Shown piece by piece: positions 43,904 through 55,225 of a DNA stretch of 64,000 nucleotides. The position numbers and the translations under genes were made by a program. The stretch's first letter is position 1. Every line of letters starts with the position of its first letter. This DNA comes from an uncultured Chloroflexia bacterium (lineage in GTDB: Bacteria; Chloroflexota; Chloroflexia; Thermomicrobiales; UBA6265). The notes beneath the pieces are model-generated. The model saw only the letters and a program-made list of their open reading frames with translations, did no database searches and was not told where the DNA came from. The stretch is from the NCBI GenBank assembly GCA_963724295.1, contig CAVRUC010000007.1, forward strand, positions 448,001-512,000, written 5' to 3'.

Positions 43904-46288
43904 TCACGCCCCTCGCAGCAGGGCGACTGTTGCGCCGTCGCCGCCCTGGTTCGCGGGCGCGATCTCATGGCTGGCAACCGCCGGGTGTGCCGACAAGACC
44001 TCTTTGACCACTTTTCGCAGCGCTCCGGTGCCCTTGCCGTGAATGATGCGCACGAATGGCATCCCAGCCCGGTAGGCGTGCTCCAGATATTCGTCGAGCA
44101 TCGCTTCGATCTCGGCGGCACGATAGCCGCGAAGATCGAGCTCGAGGTTCACCGGTCCACTCGCGGCCGGCATCACGATCGGTCTCGACGCCTGCTCGTT
44201 GGATGCTCGGCCGAGGCGCTCGAGCGAGGCAACTGGCTGCCGGGTCTTGAGGGCGCCAAGCATCACATCGGCCATTCCATCATCCACGGCAATGACCTCG
44301 CCCTCCTGGTCGAGCGAGACGACGCGCACCCGGTCCCCCGCCGAGATCGGTTTCCTGCCCGGCATCGGCGGAGCGGATTTCAGCTTTTCCCGGCGGAAGG
44401 TGCGGACCCGGTCTGTGGCCTGGTCGACTTCGCGTCGTCGTTCATCCAGCTGTTCCCGCGTGATTTGCAGCGCTTCTCGATCGCGGCGCAGTCGCTTCAG
44501 CGTCTCGCGAGCTTCCTCCAGGTCAGACTCCGCTTCAGACAGAGCCGCTGTGCGGGCTTCCCGTCGCTCGTACTCGGCCTGTTGCAGTTCGCGTTCGGCC
44601 GTGTCGCGCAATGCGCGCGCCTGCTCCTCGTCTGCACGGGCCCGTTCCAGGATGGCATCGGCCTCGTCCCGGCGCCGTCGAATGTCCTGGAGCAGGCTAT
44701 CCACCCGCAACTCGTCCGGATCGAGCATTCCCGAGGCGGTCTCCAGGATCTCTCGGGGCATGCCCAGGCGTCCGGCGATGGCCAGGGCATTCGACCGTCC
44801 GGGTACACCGATCATCAGCCGGTACGTTGGCGCCAGCGTCTCCACGTCGAATTCCACGCTGGCGTTCTCCACCCCCGGGGTGGCGAATGCGTACGCTTTG
44901 AGCTCCGGGTAATGCGTCGTGGCGACGACGAGAGGTCCCAGATCGAGGAGACGGCTGACGATCGCTCGCGCCAGCGCCGAGCCCTCCTGGGGATCGGTAC
45001 CGGCGCCAAGCTCGTCCAGCAGCACGAGATCGTCCGGGGTCACCTGTTTCAGCATCGCGATCACTGTTCGAATGTGCCCGGAGAAGGTCGAAAGACTCTG
45101 CGCGATGCTCTGCTCGTCGCCGACGTCGACGAAGATGGCGGGAAAGACCGAGACCACACTGGCATCATCCGCCGGCACGAACAGCCCCGTCTGCGCCATG
45201 AGCGTCAAGAGGCCAAGCGTTTTCAGCGCAACGGTCTTTCCGCCGGTGTTCGGACCGGTGATCAGCAAGACTCTGAAGTCTTCGCCGAGGTCGACGTCGA
45301 TTGGCACGACCGCCGCCGGATCGAGCAACGGGTGGCGTGCTCGGCGTAGTGAGATTCGGTGTTTGGGGTGGCCGTTGGGGTTTGATGCCGCGCCGGACGA
45401 GAGCGCCGGCCGGTTCGCGCGCATGGTGAACGCCAGTCGCGCCTTGGCCATCGCCAGGTCGACCGCGGCGGCTGCTTCCACGGAGTTCGAGATCTCGTCG
45501 GACCTGGCGCCGATCTTGTCGCTGAGCGCATCGAGGATGCGGTCGATCTCGTGTTGCTCGTCGAGCTGTCGCTCTCGCCAGCGGTTGTTCAGCTCGACTA
45601 TCTCGAACGGCTCCACGAAGAGGGTTTGACCGCTCGCCGAGGTGTCGTGGACAACCCCTTGCAACTGCGCCCGGGCGTCCGCGCGCACCGGCACGACATA
45701 GCGGCCGTCCCGAGTGGTGACGATTGAGTCCTGGAGCACCGAGGCGTACTTGCCGCCGCTGACGAGCGCATTGAGCCGCTCCATCAACCGGCTGTGAGCC
45801 ACCCGCACGTCGCGGCGAATCTTGCCGAGCTCGGCGCTGGCGGTGTCCAGGACGTCGCCGCGCGGACCAATCGAACGGTTGATGTCGGTCTCGAGATCCG
45901 GCAGCTCGGCCAGATGGTCCGCGAACTCGCGCAGGTGGGGAAATCGCGTCTCGCCATCCGGCAGCCGCAACAGCGCACGCCGCAGATTCCGCGCCGCCGA
46001 GACCATGTCCAGCACCTGGAGCAGCTCCGGCGGTTGCAGCCGGGCCCCCTTGGCGGCGCGCTGGACCAGGGTTCGCACGTCGCGCGCGCCACCGATCGTG
46101 ACGTCGGGGAACTCGGTCAGCAGGTCGACAGATTCGGCGGTGACGTCGAGCAAATACGCGACCGTCGAGATGTCACCGCTCGGACCCAGCTCGCGCGCTT
46201 TCTCGGCGGCGACGCTGAAGCGACACTGCTGCGCCAGGCGATCCAGGATGGCCGGGTATTCGAGCTTGGCGAGAACATGCTCGTGCAC
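43904..46288 (-). CDS. mutS2: endonuclease MutS2
   Basis: ITGPNTGGKT, QSLSTFSGH, DELGAGTDP, Smr IIHGKGTGALR. Confidence 0.95.
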   Translation of the reverse strand: MHEHVLAKLEYPAILDRLAQQCRFSVAAEKARELGPSGDISTVAYLLDVTAESVDLLTEFPDVTIGGARDVRTLVQRAAKGARLQPPELLQVLDMVSAARNLRRALLRLPDGETRFPHLREFADHLAELPDLETDINRSIGPRGDVLDTASAELGKIRRDVRVAHSRLMERLNALVSGGKYASVLQDSIVTTRDGRYVVPVRADARAQLQGVVHDTSASGQTLFVEPFEIVELNNRWRERQLDEQHEIDRILDALSDKIGARSDEISNSVEAAAAVDLAMAKARLAFTMRANRPALSSGAASNPNGHPKHRISLRRARHPLLDPAAVVPIDVDLGEDFRVLLITGPNTGGKTVALKTLGLLTLMAQTGLFVPADDASVVSVFPAIFVDVGDEQSIAQSLSTFSGHIRTVIAMLKQVTPDDLVLLDELGAGTDPQEGSALARAIVSRLLDLGPLVVATTHYPELKAYAFATPGVENASVEFDVETLAPTYRLMIGVPGRSNALAIAGRLGMPREILETASGMLDPDELRVDSLLQDIRRRRDEADAILERARADEEQARALRDTAERELQQAEYERREARTAALSEAESDLEEARETLKRLRRDREALQITREQLDERRREVDQATDRVRTFRREKLKSAPPMPGRKPISAGDRVRVVSLDQEGEVIAVDDGMADVMLGALKTRQPVASLERLGRASNEQASRPIVMPAASGPVNLELDLRGYRAAEIEAMLDEYLEHAYRAGMPFVRIIHGKGTGALRKVVKEVLSAHPAVASHEIAPANQGGDGATVALLRGA

Positions 46289-46370
46289 GTTGGAAGATCC
46301 TCGATCGCGACTGATGCCATTTCGCGCAGTGTAGCCGCCGGAAACGAGACCCTTGGCGGTTAACGCGATG

Positions 46371-46400
46371 TTGACACGAACATGCGTTCTCCCCTATCCT
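46371..46400 (+). promoter_or_regulatory. sigma70 promoter of lexA with embedded SOS box GAAC-ATGC-GTTC
   Basis: TTGACA 46371-46376, 18-nt spacer, TATCCT 46395-46400; CGAACATGCGTTCT at 46377-46390 matches the GAAC-N4-GTTC LexA box. Confidence 0.85.
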
Positions 46401-46488
46401 CTAAAGGAGAACAAGCTCGTCCCTACGGGGAGAGTCCGCACGGCGGAATCAACCCGCGAGCCGCCGCAGCGATCAGTAGGAGCCCAGC

Positions 46489-47127
46489 ATGAAGAGCGTG
46501 TCCCGCCGCCAGCAGGCAATCCTCCAGTTCATCGAGCACTTTCTCGACGAGAATGACTATCCACCGACCATCCGTGACATCCAGTCCGAGCTCGACATCT
46601 CGTCGACAAGCGTCGTCGATTACAACCTCAAGGCGCTCGAAGCTCGCGGTCTGATTCGTCGCAACAGCAAGATCTCGCGAGGCATCGAGCTGGTGAATCG
46701 CGGCGTCAGTCGTCGCAACGTGGTGGCCATCCCGGTGATCGGCCAGATCGCCGCGGGTCTTCCGATTCCGGTCCCCGGCGATCTCGAGGGCTCGGACGCG
46801 ACGGAATCCGTCGAGCTGGGAGCCAGCCTCGTGCCGAACAGTGGACAGGGTCTGTTCGCGCTGCGGGTCAAAGGTCACTCGATGATCGACGCGCTGATCA
46901 ATGACGGCGACGTGGTCGTGCTCAAGCAACAGGAAACGTGCGAGAACGGCGAGACGGTCGCGGTCTGGCTCAAGGACGAGCGGGAGACGACGTTGAAGCG
47001 GTTCTACCTCGAAGGAGACCGCGTACGATTGCAACCCGCCAACACCAGCATGGCCCCAATCTACACCGCGGCCGACAACGTCGAAGTCCAGGGGCGTCTG
47101 GTCACGGTTCTCCGTTCGAACCCGTAA
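46489..47127 (+). CDS. lexA: SOS repressor LexA
   Basis: YPPTIRDI wHTH, IAAG cleavage site, VKGHSM Ser, TLKRF Lys. Confidence 0.96.
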   Translation: MKSVSRRQQAILQFIEHFLDENDYPPTIRDIQSELDISSTSVVDYNLKALEARGLIRRNSKISRGIELVNRGVSRRNVVAIPVIGQIAAGLPIPVPGDLEGSDATESVELGASLVPNSGQGLFALRVKGHSMIDALINDGDVVVLKQQETCENGETVAVWLKDERETTLKRFYLEGDRVRLQPANTSMAPIYTAADNVEVQGRLVTVLRSNP

Positions 47128-47371
47128 TCCATCGCTCGACTCGAGGGGACGGCCGAGTTTAGAGCCTGTCTGGCTTGCGCCCACGACTGTGTGGCTGCCT
47201 CGCCGGACTCGATCCTGGTACCGGTGAGGAATAGAGAAACTCGGGGATCAGCCACTCCGAGCGAGGCGATAGCGAACCGTCCGGAGTGGCGCAATCTAAC
47301 TGCTAGACTGAGCTCCTGGATCTGTGATGAGCTGCCTCCAGTCGGAGGCACTTCCGCTCGGAGACTCGGTC

Positions 47372-47935
47372 ATGGAGACCGCGATTCTCACCGGCATGGG
47401 GCTCGCGGCGCCGGCCGGTCTCAACGCCTACATCCCTCTTCTGGCCCTGGCCCTTGCCGACCGGGCCACCACCCGGGTGACGCTCAACGCGCCCTACGAC
47501 GTCCTCTCCTCCAATACCGGGATCGCGATCCTGGTTGTCCTGCTCACGATCGAGGTCACGGTCGACAAAATTCCGGGCGTCGATCACGTCAATGACATCA
47601 TCCAATCATTTGTGCGTCCCGCCGCCGGAGCCATCGCCGCCGTCGCCGCGACGGGCGGCGTGGCAACGATCAATCCGGCGATCATGGTTCTCGTCGGCGT
47701 CGTGCTGGCTGGGTCCGTCAATGCGGTGAAGGTCACCACGCGTCCCGCCGTCACCGTCGGTACCCTAGGCATCTTCAATCCCGTGGTCAGCGTAGCCGAG
47801 GATGCCATAGCGATCCTGGTGTCGATCGTGGCCATCTTTTTCCCCTTCCTCGTCATTCTTATCCTCGCGCTCTTCGCGGTTTCTTCTATTCTTTTGTTGC
47901 GTCGCGTCCGCCGCCTGCGGTCCGGCGACCGTTAG
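47372..47935 (+). CDS. DUF4126-like membrane protein
   Basis: GLAAPAGLNAYIPLL, DKIPGVDHVND, NPVVSVAED. Confidence 0.75.
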   Translation: METAILTGMGLAAPAGLNAYIPLLALALADRATTRVTLNAPYDVLSSNTGIAILVVLLTIEVTVDKIPGVDHVNDIIQSFVRPAAGAIAAVAATGGVATINPAIMVLVGVVLAGSVNAVKVTTRPAVTVGTLGIFNPVVSVAEDAIAILVSIVAIFFPFLVILILALFAVSSILLLRRVRRLRSGDR

Positions 47936-48001
47936 CCGTGGCGCGCGCTTTCACACGTAGCCGATAGCGCCACATGCCGGCGACTAGGCCGAGAGACGAG
48001 T

Positions 48002-49159
48002 ATGCCCAGCGTTCAGGTCAAAGACTATTACCAGGTGCTCGGCGTCCCGCGGACGGCGACGGAGAAAGAGATTCGCTCGGCGTATCGCAAACTGGCACGG
48101 CAGCATCACCCTGATCTCAATCCGGGCGACAAGACCGCGGAAGAGCGCTTCAAGGAAGTCAACGAAGCGCATGAGGTGCTGACTGACGCCGACAAGCGAA
48201 AACTCTACGACCGATTCGGCGAGGACTGGCAGCGATACCGTGATGCCGGGTTCACCGGTGACGAGCAGTTCACCGCTCCCGGTCCATCCGGCACACCAGG
48301 GGCTCGTGCCGGCCGCGGCGCGACGTTCGATCCAAATGATTTCAATCAGTGGTATTCGAGCCAGGGCGGCGGCAGTGGCGGCTACACGTTCTACTCGACC
48401 GACGAAGGCGACGATGCACACTCAGACTTCTTTGAGACGCTCTTCGGCGGGCGCAGCTCGCCGTTCGATCGGTTTGGCGGGTTCGGCGGGTTCTCCTCGA
48501 CGCGAACGCGGGGCCAACCACAGGCGAGGGCCACGAGGCCGCAACGGGGTGAAGACGCGGAAGTTCCGGTCGAGATCTCGTTTGACGAGGCGTTCCGGGG
48601 AACCAAGCGGCAGATTCAATTGCAGGTTTCGGAGCCGTGCCCCACGTGCGGCGGTACCGGCGAAGTGCGGGGTCAGGAATGTCCGACCTGCGATGGCACC
48701 GGCTTCGTTCGCCGCACCAAGACGCTCGAGGTGAACATTCCCGCCGGTATCGACAGTGGCAAGCGCGTCCGCATGGCCGGTCAGGGCGGGCCTGGTCTCA
48801 ATGGTGGCGCCGCGGGCGATGTCAACCTGATCGTTGCGGTCAGACCCGATCGACGCTTTGAGCGGGACGGCGACAACCTGAGGACCGAGGTCGACGTCCC
48901 CGTCACCACGGCCGTGCTCGGTGGTGAGGCCGAAGTACCGACGCCGACCGGAAAGGTCGCCCTGACCATTCCGGCGGGGACGCAGAGCGGCCGGAGTTTC
49001 CGTCTCCGCGGGATGGGTATGCCAAAGCTCAGGGGCCGCCAGGGAGAACGTGGCGACCTCGTGGCACGGGCACGGATCGTTGCGCCCACGAACCTTTCTG
49101 ACCGCGAGCGCGAGCTCTTTGAGGAGCTCCGCGCGATCCGGCAGGAGCGATCGTCCTGA
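48002..49159 (+). CDS. DnaJ-class chaperone (CbpA/DnaJ2-like, only two CxxCxGxG motifs)
   Basis: J domain with HPD, G/F region, CPTCGGTG and CPTCDGTG, C-terminal substrate-binding domain. Confidence 0.92.
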   Translation: MPSVQVKDYYQVLGVPRTATEKEIRSAYRKLARQHHPDLNPGDKTAEERFKEVNEAHEVLTDADKRKLYDRFGEDWQRYRDAGFTGDEQFTAPGPSGTPGARAGRGATFDPNDFNQWYSSQGGGSGGYTFYSTDEGDDAHSDFFETLFGGRSSPFDRFGGFGGFSSTRTRGQPQARATRPQRGEDAEVPVEISFDEAFRGTKRQIQLQVSEPCPTCGGTGEVRGQECPTCDGTGFVRRTKTLEVNIPAGIDSGKRVRMAGQGGPGLNGGAAGDVNLIVAVRPDRRFERDGDNLRTEVDVPVTTAVLGGEAEVPTPTGKVALTIPAGTQSGRSFRLRGMGMPKLRGRQGERGDLVARARIVAPTNLSDRERELFEELRAIRQERSS

Positions 49160-49509
49160 TGGCACAGCGCAAGACGTCCGAGGCGCTCCGCGTTTCCGTG
49201 ACCGATTGGGTCTTTGAGGACGATGCGAGAGACGAGCCGCGATACGCGATCTCGGTCGTCGCGGCTCGCTGTGGCGTCCATAAGGGCACGCTGCGGCGGT
49301 ACGAAGAGTGGGGCCTACTCGAGCCGGTTCGAGCCGGTCAGCGCCGGCTCTACTCCGAGTCTGATATCGAACATGTGCAGCGAATCCGTCGCCTTGTCGA
49401 CGACCTTGGCATCAACCTGGCGGGAGCCGCGGCAGTCATGCACCTCCGCCAGCAAGTGATCGCGCTGCAGCGCGAACTGGACGAGCTGCGGGAGCAATTC
49501 GGCGAATGA
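49159..49509 (+). CDS. MerR-family regulator (HspR/CbpM-like)
   Basis: YAISVVAARCGVHKGTLRRYE...GQRRLYS...DLGINLAG; coupled to the dnaJ-class gene. Confidence 0.85.
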   Translation: MAQRKTSEALRVSVTDWVFEDDARDEPRYAISVVAARCGVHKGTLRRYEEWGLLEPVRAGQRRLYSESDIEHVQRIRRLVDDLGINLAGAAAVMHLRQQVIALQRELDELREQFGE

Positions 49510-50877
<1,368 letters not shown>

Positions 50878-50930
50878 CGTGGCCGGAAGCGCCAGATGCC
50901 TGGCTCACCGAGCAACAGGGAGGCTGCACA

Positions 50931-51404
50931 ATGACCGCATCGGATGAGCTAGCCGGCATCGACGCGGAGGGCATCCAGCGCATCCTGCCCCATCGCTACC
51001 CGTTTCTTCTCGTCGATCGGGTCATCGAGCTCGATCCGCCTCACCGCGCTGTAGGAATCAAGCAAGTAACGGTCAATGAGCCGTTCTTCCAGGGACACTT
51101 CCCGGGTTACCCGGTGATGCCGGGCGTGCTCATCGTCGAGGCCATGGCTCAGGTCGGCGGGGTGGCTGTGCTGTCGGCGGACGAGTACCGGGACAAGCTC
51201 GCGCTTTTCGCGGGGATCGACAACGTGAGATTCAAGCGCCAGGTCAAACCCGGCGATACCCTTCGGCTGGAGGTCGAGCTGCACCAGATCCGCAGAGGCA
51301 TCGGCATGGGATCTGGCACGGCTTCGGTCGACGGCGAGCTCGCCTGCCGTGGCGACATCATGTTCGCACTCGTCGACATGCCGGAGGCACTGCGGCAGGG
51401 CTGA
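50931..51404 (+). CDS. fabZ: 3-hydroxyacyl-ACP dehydratase
   Basis: [36 protein letters not shown]. Confidence 0.96.
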   Translation: MTASDELAGIDAEGIQRILPHRYPFLLVDRVIELDPPHRAVGIKQVTVNEPFFQGHFPGYPVMPGVLIVEAMAQVGGVAVLSADEYRDKLALFAGIDNVRFKRQVKPGDTLRLEVELHQIRRGIGMGSGTASVDGELACRGDIMFALVDMPEALRQG

Positions 51405-51483
51405 GCGATGCGCCCCCGACCCCGGGTCCTGACGTAGACTTGCCACTATTGACGGCAATTTTCTGGATGGAGATCCTGAGTCT

Positions 51484-52074
51484 ATGCCCTCGTCCGGACG
51501 GTTGATTGGTTCGATACTCATCGTCGCGGGTCTGGCACTGGGAGCGATCCTCGCCATCTGGCTGACTTCCGGCATGCGCGAGGGAACCCTCGAGGGATCG
51601 GGCGCAATATTCGGGTTCCTCTTCGGGTTCTTGTTTCTGGTGGCGCCGCTCGTCGGTGGCGGATTCTTCTTCCTTTCCCGGGGCCGCGCCGAGGACAAGG
51701 CGAGCGAGCGCGTCCGTGGTCAGCGCCGGCTCCTGGACATGCTGATGACCCGCGGCCAGCTCTCGATCGTCGACGTCGCGCTCGAGCTTGGACGCACGCG
51801 GGAGCAGATCGAAAGTGATCTCTACGATCTCGTCGGCCTCGGTCTCTTTACCGGCTACGTCGACTGGCGCAAGGGGGTCATGCACTCCGTCGAGGCAGCC
51901 CAGCTCGCGACCAGGACGACCTGTCCCAACTGTGGAGGCGAGCTGGTGCTGGCAGGCAAAGGGCTCATCAAGTGCCCGTACTGTGGGGCGGAGATATTCC
52001 TCGGTCCAGAAGGAGCACGCGAGCTGGAGCCTGTTGGCGCTGACGCCATATCCGCGGGAGGAAGCACGCGGTGA
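51484..52074 (+). CDS. two-TM protein with winged-helix-like domain and C-terminal zinc ribbon
   Basis: two TM helices, SIVDVALELGRTREQIESDLYDLV, CPNCGG...CPYCG. Confidence 0.7.
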   Translation: MPSSGRLIGSILIVAGLALGAILAIWLTSGMREGTLEGSGAIFGFLFGFLFLVAPLVGGGFFFLSRGRAEDKASERVRGQRRLLDMLMTRGQLSIVDVALELGRTREQIESDLYDLVGLGLFTGYVDWRKGVMHSVEAAQLATRTTCPNCGGELVLAGKGLIKCPYCGAEIFLGPEGARELEPVGADAISAGGSTR

Positions 52075-53087
52075 CCGAGCGACCGGAGGAGATCTGGGAA
52101 CGGCGCATCAGCGACGCGCTTGACCGCGTGCCTGGCTATCGCGGGTACCGGCTGAAGGAGGAACGGCGCGACGCCGACCGGCGCGTGCGAGCGGCGGTTG
52201 CGGACGCGTATGCCGCGCAGCTGGTCCGCGTCGAGCGCATCGGCCGTGACCTTGCCAACGCTCGCCGGCTCGGCGAGATCTCGGCTGTCGAACGCACCAG
52301 CCAGGCCATCCGTCACTACATCGATCGAGTGCGCGCGGCGACCCCCGGCTACGGTGGGCTGTTTGGAGACCGGGACATCGACGGTATCGCGCTCGATCAA
52401 CTTCGCCTCTTCGACGAAAGCCTGCTCCTCGGCGTCGACGAGCTGCGACCGGCCATCGATCGTCTCGAGGCGGACTTTGCCGCCGGGCAGCCACTCGGCC
52501 CCGCGGCTGACGAAGCAGCCCGCACGATCGAATCGCAGCTCGTTCGCTTCGATACCCGGCAAGAGGTGATTGCGACCGGTCAGGCAACCAGTCGCGACAG
52601 CGTCCTGGCGGCGCTGAGACCGATCGCGGAGGTCATCCCTCCGGACGTCTACTCGGCGCAACCGGGAGACGCAATTTCGATCCTGGGTGACAACTTTCTG
52701 GTCGACGCCAGGATCGACGTCGATGGCCGGCCCCAGTCGTTCCGCCTATTCCGCATCGCTCGCGAGCCCGAAGAGTGGCTATTCGTCAGCCGCGAGCCAG
52801 GCGGAGCGATGTACCGCCTGACCCCGGTCCCTCCGCCCGAACGAGGCACGGACATCTCCGGAACAACGCTGCAACAAGCCGCCGTGGGAGCCGGAGACGG
52901 CGAGATTACCGGCGAGCGCGGGTCGGAAGGATTGCGCGCGGTGCGGTACGCTCTTCTCGAAGATGCCGAAGATCCGGATGGATTCGGACTGATCCTCGAC
53001 TGGGAGGGTGAACGGCAGGCGTTTGCCGGCCGGAGGACCGAACCAATCGACGTCGAGCTGTTCCGGCATATCGAAACGGCCGGGTAG
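52071..53087 (+). CDS. hypothetical protein in the psp operon (helical N-terminus, DUF4178-like C-terminus)
   Basis: VPGYRGYRLKEERRDADRRVR helical region; beta-rich C-terminal half; GTGA-coupled to the upstream gene. Confidence 0.6.
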   Translation: MTERPEEIWERRISDALDRVPGYRGYRLKEERRDADRRVRAAVADAYAAQLVRVERIGRDLANARRLGEISAVERTSQAIRHYIDRVRAATPGYGGLFGDRDIDGIALDQLRLFDESLLLGVDELRPAIDRLEADFAAGQPLGPAADEAARTIESQLVRFDTRQEVIATGQATSRDSVLAALRPIAEVIPPDVYSAQPGDAISILGDNFLVDARIDVDGRPQSFRLFRIAREPEEWLFVSREPGGAMYRLTPVPPPERGTDISGTTLQQAAVGAGDGEITGERGSEGLRAVRYALLEDAEDPDGFGLILDWEGERQAFAGRRTEPIDVELFRHIETAG

Positions 53088-53129
53088 GGTTCCGCCACTC
53101 GGCGGGACGGAGTAGATGGGAGGGAATCG

Positions 53130-53822
53130 ATGGCAGGAATCATGGACCGGTTGTCGCGGCTGATCCGGGCGAACGTCAACGACCTGATCGACAGCGCCGA
53201 AGACCCGGAGAAGATGATCGATCAGATCCTGCGCGATATGCACGAAAGCATCTCGATGGCTCGCGCCCAGGTCGCGGCCATGATCGCGCAGGAGAAGGAG
53301 CTGGAGTTCGACGCCGCGGAGACCAGCAAGCTGGCCGAAGAATGGGGCCGCAAGGCGGAGCGCGCGGTGACAGCCGGCAAAGATGACCTCGCGCGCGAGG
53401 CGCTTCGCCGCAAGCGCGACAACGAGGAGAACTCGGCCATCTATAGGGAGCAGCAAGGCGTGCAGAGCCAGGCTGTGACCAAGCTGAAGGACCAGCTGCG
53501 GCAGCTCGAGGCCAAGTACCAGGCAACCCTGGGGGCGCGCGACTCCTTGATCGCGCGCCAGCGCCGGGCCAGGGCGCAGCGGCAAGTCGCCGAAGCGATC
53601 GTGGTCTTCACCCCGCTCGACCCGTCATCCGAGCTGGATCGCATGGAGCGGAAGATTCGTAGCGAAGAGGCCCACGCCGCGGCCGCGCTGGAAATCGGTG
53701 ACGACAGCTTCGAATCGCAGTTCCAGGCCCTGGAAGCCGAATCGGACGTCGAGGACGAGCTGGAGGCGCTCAAGAAATCCCTTGGCGCGGGAGGTACGCC
53801 GAGCCTGACCTCAGGCAGCTAG
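53130..53822 (+). CDS. pspA: PspA/IM30 (bacterial ESCRT-III) family protein
   Basis: GIMDRLSRLIRANVNDLIDSAEDPEKMIDQILRDM, GKDDLAREAL, long coiled coil. Confidence 0.93.
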   Translation: MAGIMDRLSRLIRANVNDLIDSAEDPEKMIDQILRDMHESISMARAQVAAMIAQEKELEFDAAETSKLAEEWGRKAERAVTAGKDDLAREALRRKRDNEENSAIYREQQGVQSQAVTKLKDQLRQLEAKYQATLGARDSLIARQRRARAQRQVAEAIVVFTPLDPSSELDRMERKIRSEEAHAAAALEIGDDSFESQFQALEAESDVEDELEALKKSLGAGGTPSLTSGS

Positions 53823-53858
53823 GCTGGTTTCGGGCGGCCCCGCGGCCGGGAGAGCGGC

Positions 53859-54827
53859 ATGGCCCTCATTGATGTGATCCAGCACCCGAGCGCGCGCTCG
53901 GACGAGATCGTCTTCCGCGTTCCCCAGCACGGCGCGGGCGAGTTCAAGTTCGGGTCACAGCTCATCGTGCGCGAGGGCCAGGCCGCGGTCTTCTTTCGTG
54001 ACGGCAAGGCACTGGATACGTTTGGACCCGGCCGGCATACGCTGGGCACGAACAATCTTCCATTGCTGACCGGCATCATGGGGGTTCCCTTCGGCGGCAC
54101 GACCCCGTTCACCGCCGAGGTCTATTTCGTCTCCTTGCGCGAGTTCTCCGACCTGCGCTGGGGAACCGCGCAGCCGGTGGTTTTTCGCGACGCCGACTTC
54201 GGCATGGTCCGATTGCGGGCGTTCGGTGGCTACTCCATGCGGGTCGGCGACCCGCAGCTCTTCGTGCAGCAGGTGGTCGGCTCGCAGGGCGTGTACACCA
54301 CCGGATTCATCGAGGACTACCTGCGCGGCGTGATCGTCAACGAGTTCAACGACATGCTGGGAGCCGTCCACACCACGCTCCTCGATCTCCCAGGACAGAG
54401 CTCCGAGCTGGCGGCGGCCATGCGCAACGCCCTGGTCGATGATTTCCGGCGAATTGGCCTCGATATCACCAGCTTCCAGATCATCGCGATCACGCCGCCG
54501 GAGGACGTGCAGCGCCGCATCGACGAGCGGACGAGCCAGTCGATTCTCGGAAACGCTGGAAACGTCCGGGGGTCGGAAGCGGCTAAAGCACTCGGTGGGG
54601 ACGCGGACACACCGGCAATCGAGGCGCCGCAACGAGGACTCGAGCTCGGCGCTGGCCACGGTGTCGGCGAGGCTATAGCTCCGACCATGCGCGAAACGGT
54701 CGCGGAGCCGGCGCGTCTTGGCAGGGCAGGGGCGATCGAGTGCCCGCACTGTCACGCACAGGCGCCGGCCGACGCGCGATTCTGCCCAAACTGTGGCCGC
54801 CCGCTACAGGCGCAGACCGGGCAATGA
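53859..54827 (+). CDS. SPFH domain protein with C-terminal zinc ribbon (YdjI-like)
   Basis: GSQLIVREGQAAVFFRDG, GPGRHTL.T.NLP, RWGT, VRLRAFG; CPHC...FCPNCG. Confidence 0.85.
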   Translation: MALIDVIQHPSARSDEIVFRVPQHGAGEFKFGSQLIVREGQAAVFFRDGKALDTFGPGRHTLGTNNLPLLTGIMGVPFGGTTPFTAEVYFVSLREFSDLRWGTAQPVVFRDADFGMVRLRAFGGYSMRVGDPQLFVQQVVGSQGVYTTGFIEDYLRGVIVNEFNDMLGAVHTTLLDLPGQSSELAAAMRNALVDDFRRIGLDITSFQIIAITPPEDVQRRIDERTSQSILGNAGNVRGSEAAKALGGDADTPAIEAPQRGLELGAGHGVGEAIAPTMRETVAEPARLGRAGAIECPHCHAQAPADARFCPNCGRPLQAQTGQ

Positions 54828-54937
54828 AACGTGCCGGGGATAGACGTCAGCGAATCCGCTTGCCGGAAGACGCTGCACATCTCATCGAAAACCGTTACGC
54901 TGTGCACTGGGGCATGGTGACGAGGGAGGGAAGGAAC

Positions 54938-55225
54938 ATGGCACGAATGGCAAGGCGGCGGACTGCCGCGGCGCTCGCGCTCGTGGTCACGGTGGTTGGC
55001 CTCGGTGTGACTGGAGCGCTTGCCCAGGATTACAGCGGCTCCACGATTACGACTGGCGGCGCTACGGCGGCTGTCGAAGCCGGCGACGTTGTGACTCTCG
55101 CGCCTGGAGTGACCATCGATACCGGGGACGTCAGCAACATCACCGGCATCGGCGTCGTCATCAGCGGTGGCACATCGGCTGGCTCCGCACCCGGTGGCGG
55201 CACGAACGCCGCGGCTCCCGAATAA
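54938..55225 (+). CDS. small secreted Gly/Thr/Ala-rich protein, divergent relative of the 32919-33597 pair
   Basis: signal peptide ending ALA-Q; GDVSNITGIGVVISGGTSAGSAPGGGTNAA aligns by eye with GSIANLTDIGVSANGGTAIADASGGDYNLA. Confidence 0.65.
   Translation: MARMARRRTAAALALVVTVVGLGVTGALAQDYSGSTITTGGATAAVEAGDVVTLAPGVTIDTGDVSNITGIGVVISGGTSAGSAPGGGTNAAAPE

Noticed and set aside
47936..48001. HAIR or CIRCE element upstream of the dnaJ/hspR-like pair
   Set aside because: No CTTGAGT-N7-ACTCAAG or TTAGCACTC-N9-GAGTGCTAA match seen.
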